A DNA stretch of 64,000 nucleotides. It comes from Candidatus Dormiibacterota bacterium. Lineage in GTDB: Bacteria > Chloroflexota > Dormibacteria > CF-121. The stretch covers positions 36-64,035 of the forward strand of contig DATCOB010000062.1 in the NCBI GenBank assembly GCA_036564925.1. Direction: 5' to 3'. A program made the translations under genes and the position numbers. Of the stretch, positions 16,711 through 26,390 are shown piece after piece. A model generated the notes under the pieces. That model searched no databases. It saw nothing but the letters and a program-made list of their open reading frames with translations, and was not told the DNA's origin. How positions within the stretch are numbered: the stretch's first letter is position 1; the number at the start of each line of letters is the position of its first letter.

Positions 16711-19058
16711 CGCGTGGTCCCTCCGTTCTGATGCATCAGCCGCCACACTTTCTCGGGCGTGGCCGGCATGTCGATATCCTTCACGCCAAAAGGCTGCAGG
16801 GCGTCAACGATGGCGTTGATAACGGCCGGGGTGGAAGCGATCGTCCCCGCTTCGCCGATCCCCTTGACCCCGAGAGGATTGCTCGGGCTGGGGGTGATCG
16901 TCGCGGCGGTCTCAAAAGACGGCAGGTCGGGCGCGCACGGCACCATGTAGTCGACCAGGGTTCCGGTCTTCAGCTGGCCCTCCTCGTCGTAAACAGCTTC
17001 CTCGTAGAGGGCCTGGCCGATACCCTGGGCTATGCCACCGTGCACCTGCCCCTCGACCACCATGGGGTTGAGCCGCGTGCCGCAATCATCCACGGCCACG
17101 TAGCGCACCACGCGGGTGGCGCCGGTCTCGCCGTCCACTTCGACCAGCGCCACATGGGCCCCGAACGGCCAGACGAAGTTCGGCGGGTCGAAGAAGGTGG
17201 TCGCTTCCATGCCCCCTTCCATACCCGGCGGCAACCGGTGGGGCTGGAAGGCGGCGCCGGTGATCTCCTGGATGGTGAGCGACTTGGACGGCGCGCCCTT
17301 GACGAAGGCTTTGCCGGACTCGTACACGACGTCGGCTTCGGCCGCCTCCAGCAGGTGCGCGGCGATCTTGCGTGCCTTCTCGCGAACCTTGACGGCGCTC
17401 AGGTGGACGGCGGCGCCATCGACCGATGCGCTGCGGCTGCCGTAGGTGTTCATGCCCATAGGACCGATGGCGGTATCGCCGTGCACCACCTCGATGTCCT
17501 CCAGGGGCAGGCCGAGGGCATCACCGACGATCTGGGCGAAGGTGGTCTCATGCCCCTGGCCGTGGGGCGAGCTTCCGATGATCACGGTCGCCTTCCCGGT
17601 GAAGTGCAGATTGACGACGGACATCCCCCAGAGGCCGATCCCCGTCGCGGGGGTGGTGGCGGCCGACGGCCCGAGTCCGCAAATCTCCAGGTAGGTCGAG
17701 AAGCCGATCCCGAGGTACTTTCCGCGCTTGCGGGCCTCGGCCTGCTCCCGGCGGAAGGCCGGGTAATCGACCATCGTCAGCGCCTTATCGAGCGTCAGGT
17801 TGTAATCGCCGGAGTCATAGGTCAGTCCGAACAAATTGGCAAAGGGCTGCTCGGCCGCCGGTACGAAATTCTTCCGGCGGACCTCGACCGGGTCGAGCCC
17901 GACCTCATGGGCCACGAGGTCCATCACTCTCTCGATCAGGTAGGTCGCCTCGGGCCGGCCTGCGCCGCGATACGCGTCAGTCGGCGTTCGGTTGGTGAAG
18001 ACACCGACCCCGCGACCGTCGAAGGCTTTCAGCTTGTATGGTCCTTGCGCGATCAGGAGCGCAATCGCCATGAACGTGCCGAACTGGCTGCAGTAGGCGC
18101 CCAGGTCCAGGTACTGGGTGGCGCGCACGCCGAGGACCGTCCCGTCCCGCCTGGCGGCGATCTCAACGTCCCAGATCTGGGACCTGCCGTGGTGTGTCGC
18201 CTTCATGTTTTCGTTCCGGTCCTCGGTCCATTTCACGGGTCGACCGAGCCGACGGGAGGCGAGCGCTACCAGGACCTCTTCGGGATAGACGCGGATCTTC
18301 GATCCAAAGCCGCCGCCGACGTCCTGGGCCACCACCCGGACCTTGCCCTCGGGAATGCCCAGGATGACGCCCAGCCAGACCTTCACGAAATGGGGGATTT
18401 GGGTCGAAGACCAAACTGTGAGGCTGTTCGCAAATGGCTTGTATTCCGCCAGCACCCCGCGGCCCTCGACGGCCACCGGGATGAGGCGCTGCTGCACGAG
18501 GCGCTGCGAGATCCGAACCTCCGCCTCGCGGAAGGCGGCTTCGATGTCGCCGGCAGACCGCTTCACGTCATACGAAATATTGCTGCCGATTTCGTCGTGC
18601 AGGACCGGCGAGTCCGCTGCCAGGGCCCTCTCGATGTCAAGGACGACGGGAAGGCTCTGATATCGGATATCGAGCCGTTCCGCCGCGTCCTCGGCTGCCG
18701 ACCGGCTGGTGGCCACCACGACGGCGATCGGCTCACCGACGTAGCGGACCCTGTCGGTGGCGATCGGGTACATCGACGGGTATTTCTTCTCCGCGACAAA
18801 GCTGACGGTGACCGGAAGGGGCGCCTGGAACTCGGGCTGGAGATCCTTGCCCGTCCAGATCGCCAGCACGCCGCTCGCCTCGCGCGCCCGCGAGGTCTCA
18901 ATCCCAAGGATGCGCGCGTGCGCCTGGGTGCTGCGTACGACGTAAAGATGGGCGACCGCGGTCTGGGGCATGTCTTCGACGAAGCTTCCCGACCCCGTGA
19001 TCAACTGGGGGTCTTCGCGGCGTTTGATCGACGCGCCAATCAACTGGGAGACCGCCAT
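16707..19058 (-). CDS. coxL: xanthine-dehydrogenase-family molybdopterin-binding large subunit, form-II CoxL-like (AYRGAGR motif)
   Basis: 783 aa. Active-site loop AYRGAGR marks the form-II/putative CODH clade, not the form-I VAYRCSFR motif. Aldehyde-oxidase/xanthine-DH a/b hammerhead and MoCo domains are present. Confidence 0.85.
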   Translation of the reverse strand: MAVSQLIGASIKRREDPQLITGSGSFVEDMPQTAVAHLYVVRSTQAHARILGIETSRAREASGVLAIWTGKDLQPEFQAPLPVTVSFVAEKKYPSMYPIATDRVRYVGEPIAVVVATSRSAAEDAAERLDIRYQSLPVVLDIERALAADSPVLHDEIGSNISYDVKRSAGDIEAAFREAEVRISQRLVQQRLIPVAVEGRGVLAEYKPFANSLTVWSSTQIPHFVKVWLGVILGIPEGKVRVVAQDVGGGFGSKIRVYPEEVLVALASRRLGRPVKWTEDRNENMKATHHGRSQIWDVEIAARRDGTVLGVRATQYLDLGAYCSQFGTFMAIALLIAQGPYKLKAFDGRGVGVFTNRTPTDAYRGAGRPEATYLIERVMDLVAHEVGLDPVEVRRKNFVPAAEQPFANLFGLTYDSGDYNLTLDKALTMVDYPAFRREQAEARKRGKYLGIGFSTYLEICGLGPSAATTPATGIGLWGMSVVNLHFTGKATVIIGSSPHGQGHETTFAQIVGDALGLPLEDIEVVHGDTAIGPMGMNTYGSRSASVDGAAVHLSAVKVREKARKIAAHLLEAAEADVVYESGKAFVKGAPSKSLTIQEITGAAFQPHRLPPGMEGGMEATTFFDPPNFVWPFGAHVALVEVDGETGATRVVRYVAVDDCGTRLNPMVVEGQVHGGIAQGIGQALYEEAVYDEEGQLKTGTLVDYMVPCAPDLPSFETAATITPSPSNPLGVKGIGEAGTIASTPAVINAIVDALQPFGVKDIDMPATPEKVWRLMHQNGGTTR

Positions 19059-19071
19059 TCAGCTCACCTCC

Positions 19072-19575
19072 TCATGAACCCGCGGCTGCTGGCTGCCTGG
19101 CTTCCGCGCCGGCCATGGCCTTCGCCGCAGCCTGGACCGCCTTGACGATGTTGTGATAACCGGTGCAGCGACACAGGTTGCCCTCCAGGCCGCTGCGGAT
19201 CTCGGCCTCAGTCGGATTTCCGTTGCGCTCCAGCAGTTGCCGGGCGGCCATGATCATGCCGGGAGTGCAATACCCGCACTGCAATCCATGCTCGTCCCAG
19301 AACGCCTGTTGCAGCGGGTGTAACTCCTTGCCTTTGGCCAGGCCCTCGATGGTCGTCACCTGGGCGCCGTCCGCCTGGACCGCGAAGAGCGTGCAGGATT
19401 TCACGCTGTGTCCGTTGACGTCCACGGTGCAGGCTCCGCAGTTGCTCGTGTCGCAGCCGACGTGCGTCCCGGTGAGACCCGCGTACTCGCGAAGGTAGTA
19501 GACGAGGAGGAGGCGGGGTTCGACCTCATTCTCGTAGCGGGTCCCGTTGATGGTGATAGCGACCTTCTGCCTCAT
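19072..19575 (-). CDS. coxS: 2Fe-2S iron-sulfur small subunit (CoxS-like)
   Basis: Cys motifs [16 protein letters not shown] and CRCTGY. GGAGGTG lies 5 nt upstream of the ATG at 19575 (MRQKV...). Confidence 0.85.
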   Translation of the reverse strand: MRQKVAITINGTRYENEVEPRLLLVYYLREYAGLTGTHVGCDTSNCGACTVDVNGHSVKSCTLFAVQADGAQVTTIEGLAKGKELHPLQQAFWDEHGLQCGYCTPGMIMAARQLLERNGNPTEAEIRSGLEGNLCRCTGYHNIVKAVQAAAKAMAGAEARQPAAAGS

Positions 19576-19720
19576 GGGCACCTCCATTCACCGGCTGGCG
19601 GGCGAGTGCTGTGGAGGGGACGTGCTCTAGACGGACCAGCCTCTGCCGTTACCGGCTTGGTATAGCACCGTCGGGGCGCGATGTCTAGGGCGCATTCCGC
19701 CGCGCCGGGTCGACTCGCGA

Positions 19721-20311
19721 TCAGTCGCTGCCCGAAGCGTCGAGGAGCCAATCAGCCAGGTAACCCGCGAAGGATGCCCGGACGTACAGATGGAATGTGG
19801 GGGTGACGTCGATCAAGTGGATCATGACGCCGGCGCGGGCCAGCAGCGTCTGGGCGCAATGGCCCGGCTCAAATCGTTTCGGATGAAGGTCCACCGCGCA
19901 ACCATGGGCTAGTAGATCGCGCGCCGCGGGTCCCGTGACCTCGATCACCGTCCGGTTCGCGGAGACGTCGACGACGGAGCCGCCGTGTTCGCCAAGCGCT
20001 GAGCGGAGCGAAGCCTCCACGGCGGTCTGCTGGTTCGGACGAGCCACGATCAGCCACTCGTCCGGCCCCAGCCACAAGCACGAGCGCCCACCACGTGAGG
20101 CCACGGTGTTGGGATCGACTGGGAGCGCGAACCCGAGCTCGCGAGCGATCGCCGACATGTGCCCGGTCTCGGATGGGTTCACACGGAGGTTGATCTGGGT
20201 CAGGAACGGCACCTCTCGAACCGAGAGCCCCCTGTTGCTCGCCGCGGATAGGAAGGCAAAACGGTCGGCGTAATCGGCCAACGCGCTGCGCCGGATCGCC
20301 TCAGCTATCAC
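19721..20311 (-). CDS. soxG: sarcosine oxidase gamma subunit
   Basis: 196 aa with the characteristic SoxG motif SCLWLGPDEWL. Confidence 0.8.
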   Translation of the reverse strand: MIAEAIRRSALADYADRFAFLSAASNRGLSVREVPFLTQINLRVNPSETGHMSAIARELGFALPVDPNTVASRGGRSCLWLGPDEWLIVARPNQQTAVEASLRSALGEHGGSVVDVSANRTVIEVTGPAARDLLAHGCAVDLHPKRFEPGHCAQTLLARAGVMIHLIDVTPTFHLYVRASFAGYLADWLLDASGSD

Positions 20312-22886
20312 GACGCCGGTTCTCCCTGTCCCAGAAGATCGGCTCCGTGATGGTGGCCGCGATGGTCCGGTCCGGCAGCGGCGCGTAGACCGTGTCCCCG
20401 ATCCGTTCGCGCCCGGATCGGACGAGGGCCAGCGCGAAGGTCCGCCCCAGCGTGGCGCTCCGGTAGCTCGACGTCACGTGGCCGACCATGGGCACGGGCT
20501 CCGAGGGCTCAGCCGTAAGGGTCAGCTGCGCCCCTTCTGGTAGCAGTTCGTCGTGCTCCACCGGGAGGAGGCCCACCAGGTGCTTGCGGTCCTTTCGCGC
20601 GGTGTCCGAGCGAAGGAATGAGCGCTTGCCGACGAAATCCTTCTTTTTCGAGACGATCCAGTCCATCCCGAGATCCTGGGGCGTGATCGTCCCGTCCGTC
20701 TCCTGGCCGATGATGATGTAGCCCTTTTCGGCGCGTAGCACGTGCATCGCCTCGGTGCCGTAGGGGCTGATGCCGAATGGCGCGCCGGCGGCCATCACCG
20801 CCTCCCACAGCGCGAGGCCGTACCACCCGGGTGCCCAGAGCTCATAGGCCAGCTCCCCGGAAAAGGTGATCCGGTGGAGGCGAACTGGCACCCCCTGCGT
20901 CTCGCCCTCCCGGATCGCAAGGAAGGGAAAGCGTGGGGCATCGAGCGGGACTCCGAAGAAAAGGTTGGCCAAGACCTCCCGGGAACGAGGGCCGACCACG
21001 GCGATGGCGGCCCAGTGATCGGTGACCGAGGTGAAGCGAACCTCGAGCTGCGGCCATTCGGTCTGCAGCCACTCCTCGAACCAGTCGAGCACCGCGGCTG
21101 CTCCGCCCGAGGTGGTGGTCGCGAGGTAGTGGTTTTCACCCAGGTGCATCACAACGCCGTCGTCGAAGACCATGCCGTCCGCGCGGCACATCAAGCCGTA
21201 GCGACACATGCCGACGGGGAGGGTGTCGAAGGCGTTGGTGTAGATCCGATTCAGGAAGGTCAGCGCGTCGGGACCCTGGATGTCGATCTTGCCCAGCGTG
21301 GAGACATCCATCACCCCGACACCCTCCCGCGCCTGCTGGCACTCGCGCCGGACCGCGGTCGCCATGTCTTCGCCGGCGAGCGGGAAATACCAGGGCCGCT
21401 TCCACTGGCCCACGTCTTCGAAGATGGCGCCATGGGCGACGTGCCAGGAGTGGATAGGGGTGACGCGAATCGGGTCGAAGAGTTCACCTCGATTTCGCCC
21501 GGCCCACAGGCTGAACGAGACCGGCACGTACGGGGGTCGGTAGGTGGTCGTGCCAACGCCCCCGATCGGTTGCCCGGTGAGGGTCCCGATGATGGCGGTC
21601 TCGTTGATCCCCGCGGTCTTGCCCTGGTCGCTTCCTGTCCCGATCGTCGTGTAGCGCTTGATGTGTTCGACCGACCGCATGCCCCTGCCGACGGCCTGGC
21701 CGAGGTCCGCGACCGTCGCGTCGCGCTCGAGATCGATGAAGTGGTGCGACCAGTCCTCGTTGTCGCCCGGCACCAGCCAGACCGGCTTGATGTCCAGCTC
21801 GAAGTCGCCGGCGGCTCGCCCGATAACCTCGACACCGGGTCGCGTGCCATCCGGAAGAAAGCACGCCAGCCCCTCGTCGAAGCGCAGGCGTCCCTGCGCC
21901 TGGCTGAAGAGGTGCACCGTCGGATTGAAGCCGCCCGAGACGCAGAGCAGGTCGCAGGGGATCCAATCCGAACCGACGCGGACGGCGGTCAGCCCCTGCG
22001 AGCCGCCCTCCGTGTCGGTGATCGGGCCGCCGCGCCGCAGGTCGACCACGGCCGCCACCGTGATGCCGGCGGCTCGCAGATGCGCGGCCAGCGTATCGGT
22101 GCTGTCGTTGTTGGTGAAGATGACGGCGTGCCGTCCCGGCGCCACCCCATAGCGGTGGAGGTACGTACTCACGGCGCCGGCCAGCATGATGCCGGGGCGA
22201 TCATTGTTGGCGAAGACGAGCGGCCGTTCGTGCGCGCCGGTGGCGATCACAACATTCCGGGCGCGAACCTGCCAGAGGCGCTCTCCCTCTCGGCGGCGCT
22301 CGGCGCCCAGAACCAGGTTCTGATCGTAATAGCCGAAGGCTGTCGTGCGGGTGAGGCAGCGCACCTCCGGCATGGCGGCGAGCTCGGCAACGGTCGACCG
22401 AGCCCAGGCGTCGTCCTCGGCGTTGAGCAGCCGGCCGCCGAACTCCTGTTGCTCGTCCATCAGGATCACGCGGTCCCCTCGCCTTCCCGCCTCGAGCGCC
22501 GCCCTTAAGCCCGCCCCGCCCCCGCCGATGACGAGGACCTCGGAGTGGGCGTACACCTTGTCGAACCGCCCGGCATCCGTGCCAGCGATCGCGCGACCTT
22601 TGCCATTGAGGCCGGTCGCCGCAAGGCCATCATGGAGCTCCACCTGGGTCGCGCGCAGCATCGTCTCGCTCCCAATCTGGACGAGGGCGTTCGGCTCCTC
22701 GATGCCGGCCGAGAACACGCCACGGGGACGGTCGTGCATGATGCTCCGCGCGACCACCCGCACGTCGTTCGCGAGCAGCGCCGAGGCGAGCGTGTCACCC
22801 GCGCAGCCCGTCAGGGGCTGACCATTGAAGGTGAAGTCCAGTGGCTGGTTACGGTCGATCCGGCCGCCGCGGGGGAGCCGGCTCAC
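20301..22886 (-). CDS. soxA: sarcosine oxidase alpha subunit
   Basis: The N-terminus (QPLTGCAGDTLASALLANDV) is canonical for SoxA. Contains a dinucleotide fold (VLVIGGGGAGLRAAL) and a C-terminal GcvT-like folate-binding domain. Confidence 0.85.
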   Translation of the reverse strand: MSRLPRGGRIDRNQPLDFTFNGQPLTGCAGDTLASALLANDVRVVARSIMHDRPRGVFSAGIEEPNALVQIGSETMLRATQVELHDGLAATGLNGKGRAIAGTDAGRFDKVYAHSEVLVIGGGGAGLRAALEAGRRGDRVILMDEQQEFGGRLLNAEDDAWARSTVAELAAMPEVRCLTRTTAFGYYDQNLVLGAERRREGERLWQVRARNVVIATGAHERPLVFANNDRPGIMLAGAVSTYLHRYGVAPGRHAVIFTNNDSTDTLAAHLRAAGITVAAVVDLRRGGPITDTEGGSQGLTAVRVGSDWIPCDLLCVSGGFNPTVHLFSQAQGRLRFDEGLACFLPDGTRPGVEVIGRAAGDFELDIKPVWLVPGDNEDWSHHFIDLERDATVADLGQAVGRGMRSVEHIKRYTTIGTGSDQGKTAGINETAIIGTLTGQPIGGVGTTTYRPPYVPVSFSLWAGRNRGELFDPIRVTPIHSWHVAHGAIFEDVGQWKRPWYFPLAGEDMATAVRRECQQAREGVGVMDVSTLGKIDIQGPDALTFLNRIYTNAFDTLPVGMCRYGLMCRADGMVFDDGVVMHLGENHYLATTTSGGAAAVLDWFEEWLQTEWPQLEVRFTSVTDHWAAIAVVGPRSREVLANLFFGVPLDAPRFPFLAIREGETQGVPVRLHRITFSGELAYELWAPGWYGLALWEAVMAAGAPFGISPYGTEAMHVLRAEKGYIIIGQETDGTITPQDLGMDWIVSKKKDFVGKRSFLRSDTARKDRKHLVGLLPVEHDELLPEGAQLTLTAEPSEPVPMVGHVTSSYRSATLGRTFALALVRSGRERIGDTVYAPLPDRTIAATITEPIFWDRENRRRDS

Positions 22887-23155
22887 GGGAGGATCTCGTG
22901 CGTCGCCGTATCGCGCGTCAGGGTGAACCAGCGGCGGCAGCCCGCGGTGTGGACCCAGCGCTCGACAAAGGGGCCTTTGGTGTTTGGCCGGTAAAAGACG
23001 TAGCGGGCCCAGCTGGCGTCGCCGGTCGTCCCCGGATCCTTCGGGTAGGCGACCTGGCCGGCGCCTCCGTACTTGAACTCCAGGTCCTCACGGTCGCCGC
23101 ACCAGGGACAGGGGATCAGCACGTCAGTGGGCCACGGCGGCGGCACCGTGCTCAT
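22883..23155 (-). CDS. soxD: sarcosine oxidase delta subunit
   Basis: 90 aa with the zinc motif CPWCG...C and the Sox delta family pattern (ARYVFYRPN). Confidence 0.8.
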   Translation of the reverse strand: MSTVPPPWPTDVLIPCPWCGDREDLEFKYGGAGQVAYPKDPGTTGDASWARYVFYRPNTKGPFVERWVHTAGCRRWFTLTRDTATHEILP

Positions 23156-24338
23156 CGATCAGCGCGCCGCTCGAAAAGCGCTCCAGGTTAAAGGGGGCGT
23201 TCAGGGCGTGCGGTCTGCCCGTCGCGATGGTGTGAGCGTAGACCCAACCGGCCGCCGGCGTCGCCTTGAAGCCGCCGGTTCCCCAGCCGCAGTTGATAAA
23301 GAGATTTTCGACCGGCGTCAGTCCGATGATCGGCGAGGCGTCGGGCGAGACATCGACGATGCCGGCCCAGGTGCGCAGGACGTGGACGCGGCGGAAGATG
23401 GGGAACAGCTCGATCGCCGCGGCCACCTGGTACTCGATGACATGCGGGGACCCTCGCTGAGCGTAGGAGTTGTAGGGGTCGATGCCGGCGCCCATAACAA
23501 GCTCGCCCTTGTCCGCCTGACTGACGTACACGTGGATCGCGTTCGACATGACCACGCAGTTGAGCACGGGTTCCAGCAACTCCGAGACCAGCGCCTGCAG
23601 GGGGTGACTCTGGATGGGAAGGTCGAGTCCGACCTTCGACGCTAATTCGGTGCTGTGGCCCGCCGCGCAGAGGGCGACCTTGCCGGCGCTGATCCGGCCC
23701 CGGCTCGTCTGGACCCCGGTCACCTTGCCGTCGGTCACGTCGAAGCCGGTCACCTCGCAGTTCTGGATCAGGTCCACGCCCATCTGGTCCGCCTTGCGTG
23801 CGAAGGCCCAGGCGACGTAGTCGTGCTTGGCGATGCCACCGCGCCGCTGGAGGGTGCCGCCCATGACCGGGTATCGGAGATCGGACGAGACGTTGACGAT
23901 CGGACAGAAGGCTTTGACCTCGTCGGGTGTCAGCCATTCGGCGTCGATCCCGTTGAGCCGGTTGGCGTTGACGCGGCGGCGGCTCTCACGCGCATCGCCG
24001 ATGTTGTGGACCAGGTTGAGGACGCCGCGCTGGCTGAACTTGATGTCGTAATCGAGCTCGCCGGAGAGCCCCTCCCAGAGCTTGAGCGAGTGCTCGTAGA
24101 TGGCCGCGCTCTGATCGAAGAGATAGTTCGACCGAATGACGGTCGTGTTGCGGGCCATGTTCCCGCCAGCCAGCCAGCCACGCTCCAGAACGGCCACGTT
24201 GACGATGCCGTGGTTTTTTGCCAGGTAGTACGCTGTCGCCAGCCCGTGCCCGCCTGCCCCCACGATCACGACGTCGTAGGAGCGTTTGAGGTCCGGGCTA
24301 CGCCAGAGCCGGTCGACGTGCGGTGATGGTTGTGTCAT
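23124..24338 (-). CDS. soxB: sarcosine oxidase beta subunit (FAD-dependent)
   Basis: FAD-binding GxGxxG ([18 protein letters not shown]) and the DAO-family fold. It is the first gene of the soxBDAG array. Confidence 0.85.
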   Translation of the reverse strand: MTQPSPHVDRLWRSPDLKRSYDVVIVGAGGHGLATAYYLAKNHGIVNVAVLERGWLAGGNMARNTTVIRSNYLFDQSAAIYEHSLKLWEGLSGELDYDIKFSQRGVLNLVHNIGDARESRRRVNANRLNGIDAEWLTPDEVKAFCPIVNVSSDLRYPVMGGTLQRRGGIAKHDYVAWAFARKADQMGVDLIQNCEVTGFDVTDGKVTGVQTSRGRISAGKVALCAAGHSTELASKVGLDLPIQSHPLQALVSELLEPVLNCVVMSNAIHVYVSQADKGELVMGAGIDPYNSYAQRGSPHVIEYQVAAAIELFPIFRRVHVLRTWAGIVDVSPDASPIIGLTPVENLFINCGWGTGGFKATPAAGWVYAHTIATGRPHALNAPFNLERFSSGALIDEHGAAAVAH

Positions 24339-24363
24339 GACCGTTCCACGTATATATAAGGGT

Positions 24364-25116
24364 ATGGAACAGCCAGTCGCCGACTGGTGGCGGACCTGGT
24401 TCGGGCCCGGCTACCTCAGTCTGTACGACGGCTACCTCTCTGAGCGGACGCCCGTCGAGGTGGACCACCTCGAGGCCCTGCTCGCGCTCACGACGCCGGC
24501 CCGGGTCCTGGACCTGGCCTGCGGCCAGGGCCGCCACGCGATCGAGCTCGCGCGACGCGGCTATGAGGTGACCGGGGTCGACCTCTCCGAGTACCTTCTC
24601 GAGGTGGCGCGGGCCCGGGCGCGCGCCGCGGGTGTGACGGTTCGTTTGCTCCGTCGGGACATGCGGGAGCCGCTTTCTGGTGAACGATTCGACCTCATCC
24701 TCAGCCTGTTCACCAGCTTCGGCTATTTCGAGGACGAGGCCGAGGATCACCGGGTGCTTACCGGTGTCGCCCGTATGTTGGAGCGTGGCGGCCGGTTCGT
24801 GCTGGAAGTCTTGAACGGGCAGCGGGAGCGCGAGCATTTTGAGGCGCGTCAATGGTTTTCGGTCGGAAAGACGGCCGTGATGGAGGAGCGGCGCCTGGAG
24901 CGATCGGCGCGCCGCCTGGTCGTCACCAGGACCATCAGCACGCCGAACGGGCGCGAGACGAACGCGCATTCGCTGCGGATCTACGATGGGGCTGAGATCG
25001 AAGCATCTCTCCTGGACGCTGGCTTTGCGGACATTCGACTCTATGGTGACTGGAGTGGCGAGCGCCTGACTCCGGAGAGCGCGCGGGTGCTCGCGGTCGC
25101 CACAATGGGGACATGA
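24364..25116 (+). CDS. class I SAM-dependent methyltransferase
   Basis: Motif [12 protein letters not shown] and the acidic motif II are present. AAGGG lies upstream of the ATG at 24364. Divergent from soxB. Confidence 0.7.
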   Translation: MEQPVADWWRTWFGPGYLSLYDGYLSERTPVEVDHLEALLALTTPARVLDLACGQGRHAIELARRGYEVTGVDLSEYLLEVARARARAAGVTVRLLRRDMREPLSGERFDLILSLFTSFGYFEDEAEDHRVLTGVARMLERGGRFVLEVLNGQREREHFEARQWFSVGKTAVMEERRLERSARRLVVTRTISTPNGRETNAHSLRIYDGAEIEASLLDAGFADIRLYGDWSGERLTPESARVLAVATMGT

Positions 25117-25301
25117 AGTTTCTGCTCGAAGTGCTGCTGGCCATCATCCTGCACCCCATCGCGTTCGTGCTATGCCTGGTCAACCTGGCCGGTCGGACCG
25201 ACATCAACAGCCTGCAGAAGGTCATCTGGGCGCTCGTCTGCATCTTCTGGGGCGTCGGGCCGATCCTCTACATCATGGTTGGTGGCGGCGAGCTCTGGTA
25301 G
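25113..25301 (+). CDS. small membrane protein (PLD-nuclease N-terminal-like, PLDc_N)
   Basis: 62 aa with two TM helices, ending in WGVGPILYIMVGGG. ATGA overlap with the methyltransferase gene. Confidence 0.5.
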   Translation: MKFLLEVLLAIILHPIAFVLCLVNLAGRTDINSLQKVIWALVCIFWGVGPILYIMVGGGELW

Positions 25302-25361
25302 CCGTAGCGAAATGAAATAGGGGCGGGAGTCGAGCTCCCGCCCCTTACATCACGTCAGCGG

Positions 25362-25949
25362 TTAGTCGTCGTCGTGCTCGCGGCGCGTGGGCGGGCACGT
25401 GACTTGTGTCACCGTGATCTGGATCGTTTCCTGGATCGTGATGAGCACCGTCTGGCACGTCACCGTGATGGTGCCGGTCGAATGGCCGTCACCCAGCGCG
25501 GTGAGCTGGATGAGGTTGATCTCCGAGAGCTCGTTCTCTTCGTCCTGCGGCGTGATGAGGGTGAGGTGGGCGAAGCGGTCCTCGTCCTTCTGAATGGCGG
25601 CGACGAACGGCGCGACGCTGCCATGGAGCTGTGTGTGCGCCTTGGCGAGCTGTGACTGGATCTTGCCGGGCGCGACCTTGGACGCGGCGACCGTGTTGGT
25701 CACCGTGGTGCCGCAGCTGGATTCCGCGTTGTTCAGCTTGGTGATGACGGCATCGCCGGCCTTCTTGACGTCGGCGATCAGCACCACCTTCTGCTGCGCA
25801 TCGGCGGGCTGGATGACGGCCACCGTGGTGTTGTGGTCGTCGTGCGAAACGAGGATGAGCGTTGTGGGGACAGCGGCGACCGTCAGCACGCTTACCGCGG
25901 TAACCGTGATGATGCGCTCGCTGATCCACGCGGTCAAAAGGGTGAACAT
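25362..25949 (-). CDS. hypothetical membrane-anchored/secreted protein
   Basis: N-terminal TM/signal anchor (MFTLLTAWISERIITVTAVSVLTVAAV). Start is chosen at the internal Met. No recognizable domain. Confidence 0.4.
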   Translation of the reverse strand: MFTLLTAWISERIITVTAVSVLTVAAVPTTLILVSHDDHNTTVAVIQPADAQQKVVLIADVKKAGDAVITKLNNAESSCGTTVTNTVAASKVAPGKIQSQLAKAHTQLHGSVAPFVAAIQKDEDRFAHLTLITPQDEENELSEINLIQLTALGDGHSTGTITVTCQTVLITIQETIQITVTQVTCPPTRREHDDD

Positions 25950-26122
25950 TCCGATGAGACCTCCTTGAGGATTGACTCCTCTGCCCGGATAAACGGCCCG
26001 GTCCTGGTGGGTCATCTGGCCTCGAGGCCGCTGTCGCCGGTTCGTTCCCGTCCCGGCGACGGCCCGTCATTGGACCGTCGGTGAGCCTTTACCGACCGGG
26101 TCGAATACCACGGACTTTGTGT

Positions 26123-26151
26123 TGACACCTAAACTCGAGCGCGGCTATACT
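26123..26151 (+). promoter_or_regulatory. sigma70-like promoter upstream of rpsU (TTGACA, 18-nt spacer, TATACT)
   Basis: TTGACA cctaaactcgagcgcggc TATACT, about 45 nt upstream of the rpsU GTG. Confidence 0.5.
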
Positions 26152-26194
26152 CTGGCCAGCATGGACTCAGCGCGCGAGAGGGGGTGCAATCCAC

Positions 26195-26377
26195 GTGTCC
26201 GAAATCAAGGTCCGCGAGAACGAGACCTTCGAGAGCGCCCTTCGCCGCTTCAATAAGAAGATCAAGCAGAACGGCGTCCTCTCCGAGGTACGCCGGCGCG
26301 AGCACTACGAGAAGCCCAGCGTAAAGAAGAAAAAGAAGATCGCCGCGGCGCGTAAACGGCGGGCCCGGACGGCATAG
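26195..26377 (+). CDS. rpsU: 30S ribosomal protein S21
   Basis: [21 protein letters not shown]...[12 protein letters not shown] is near-identical in pattern to bacterial S21. GTG start. Confidence 0.85.
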   Translation: MSEIKVRENETFESALRRFNKKIKQNGVLSEVRRREHYEKPSVKKKKKIAAARKRRARTA

Positions 26378-26390
26378 TCCACGTGGTGCC

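Noticed and set aside
16680-19145. 821-aa plus-strand ORF antisense to coxL. Similar long antisense ORFs occur at 4957-6759, 7020-8306, 9390-10346, 20742-22508, 35468-36961, 44190-46415, 48894-50300 and 53130-54797.
   Set aside because: All of these lie opposite well-supported genes with clear motifs. Their translations are Arg/Gly/Ala/Pro-rich with no motifs, which is the usual stop-codon-poor antisense frame of a high-GC genome.
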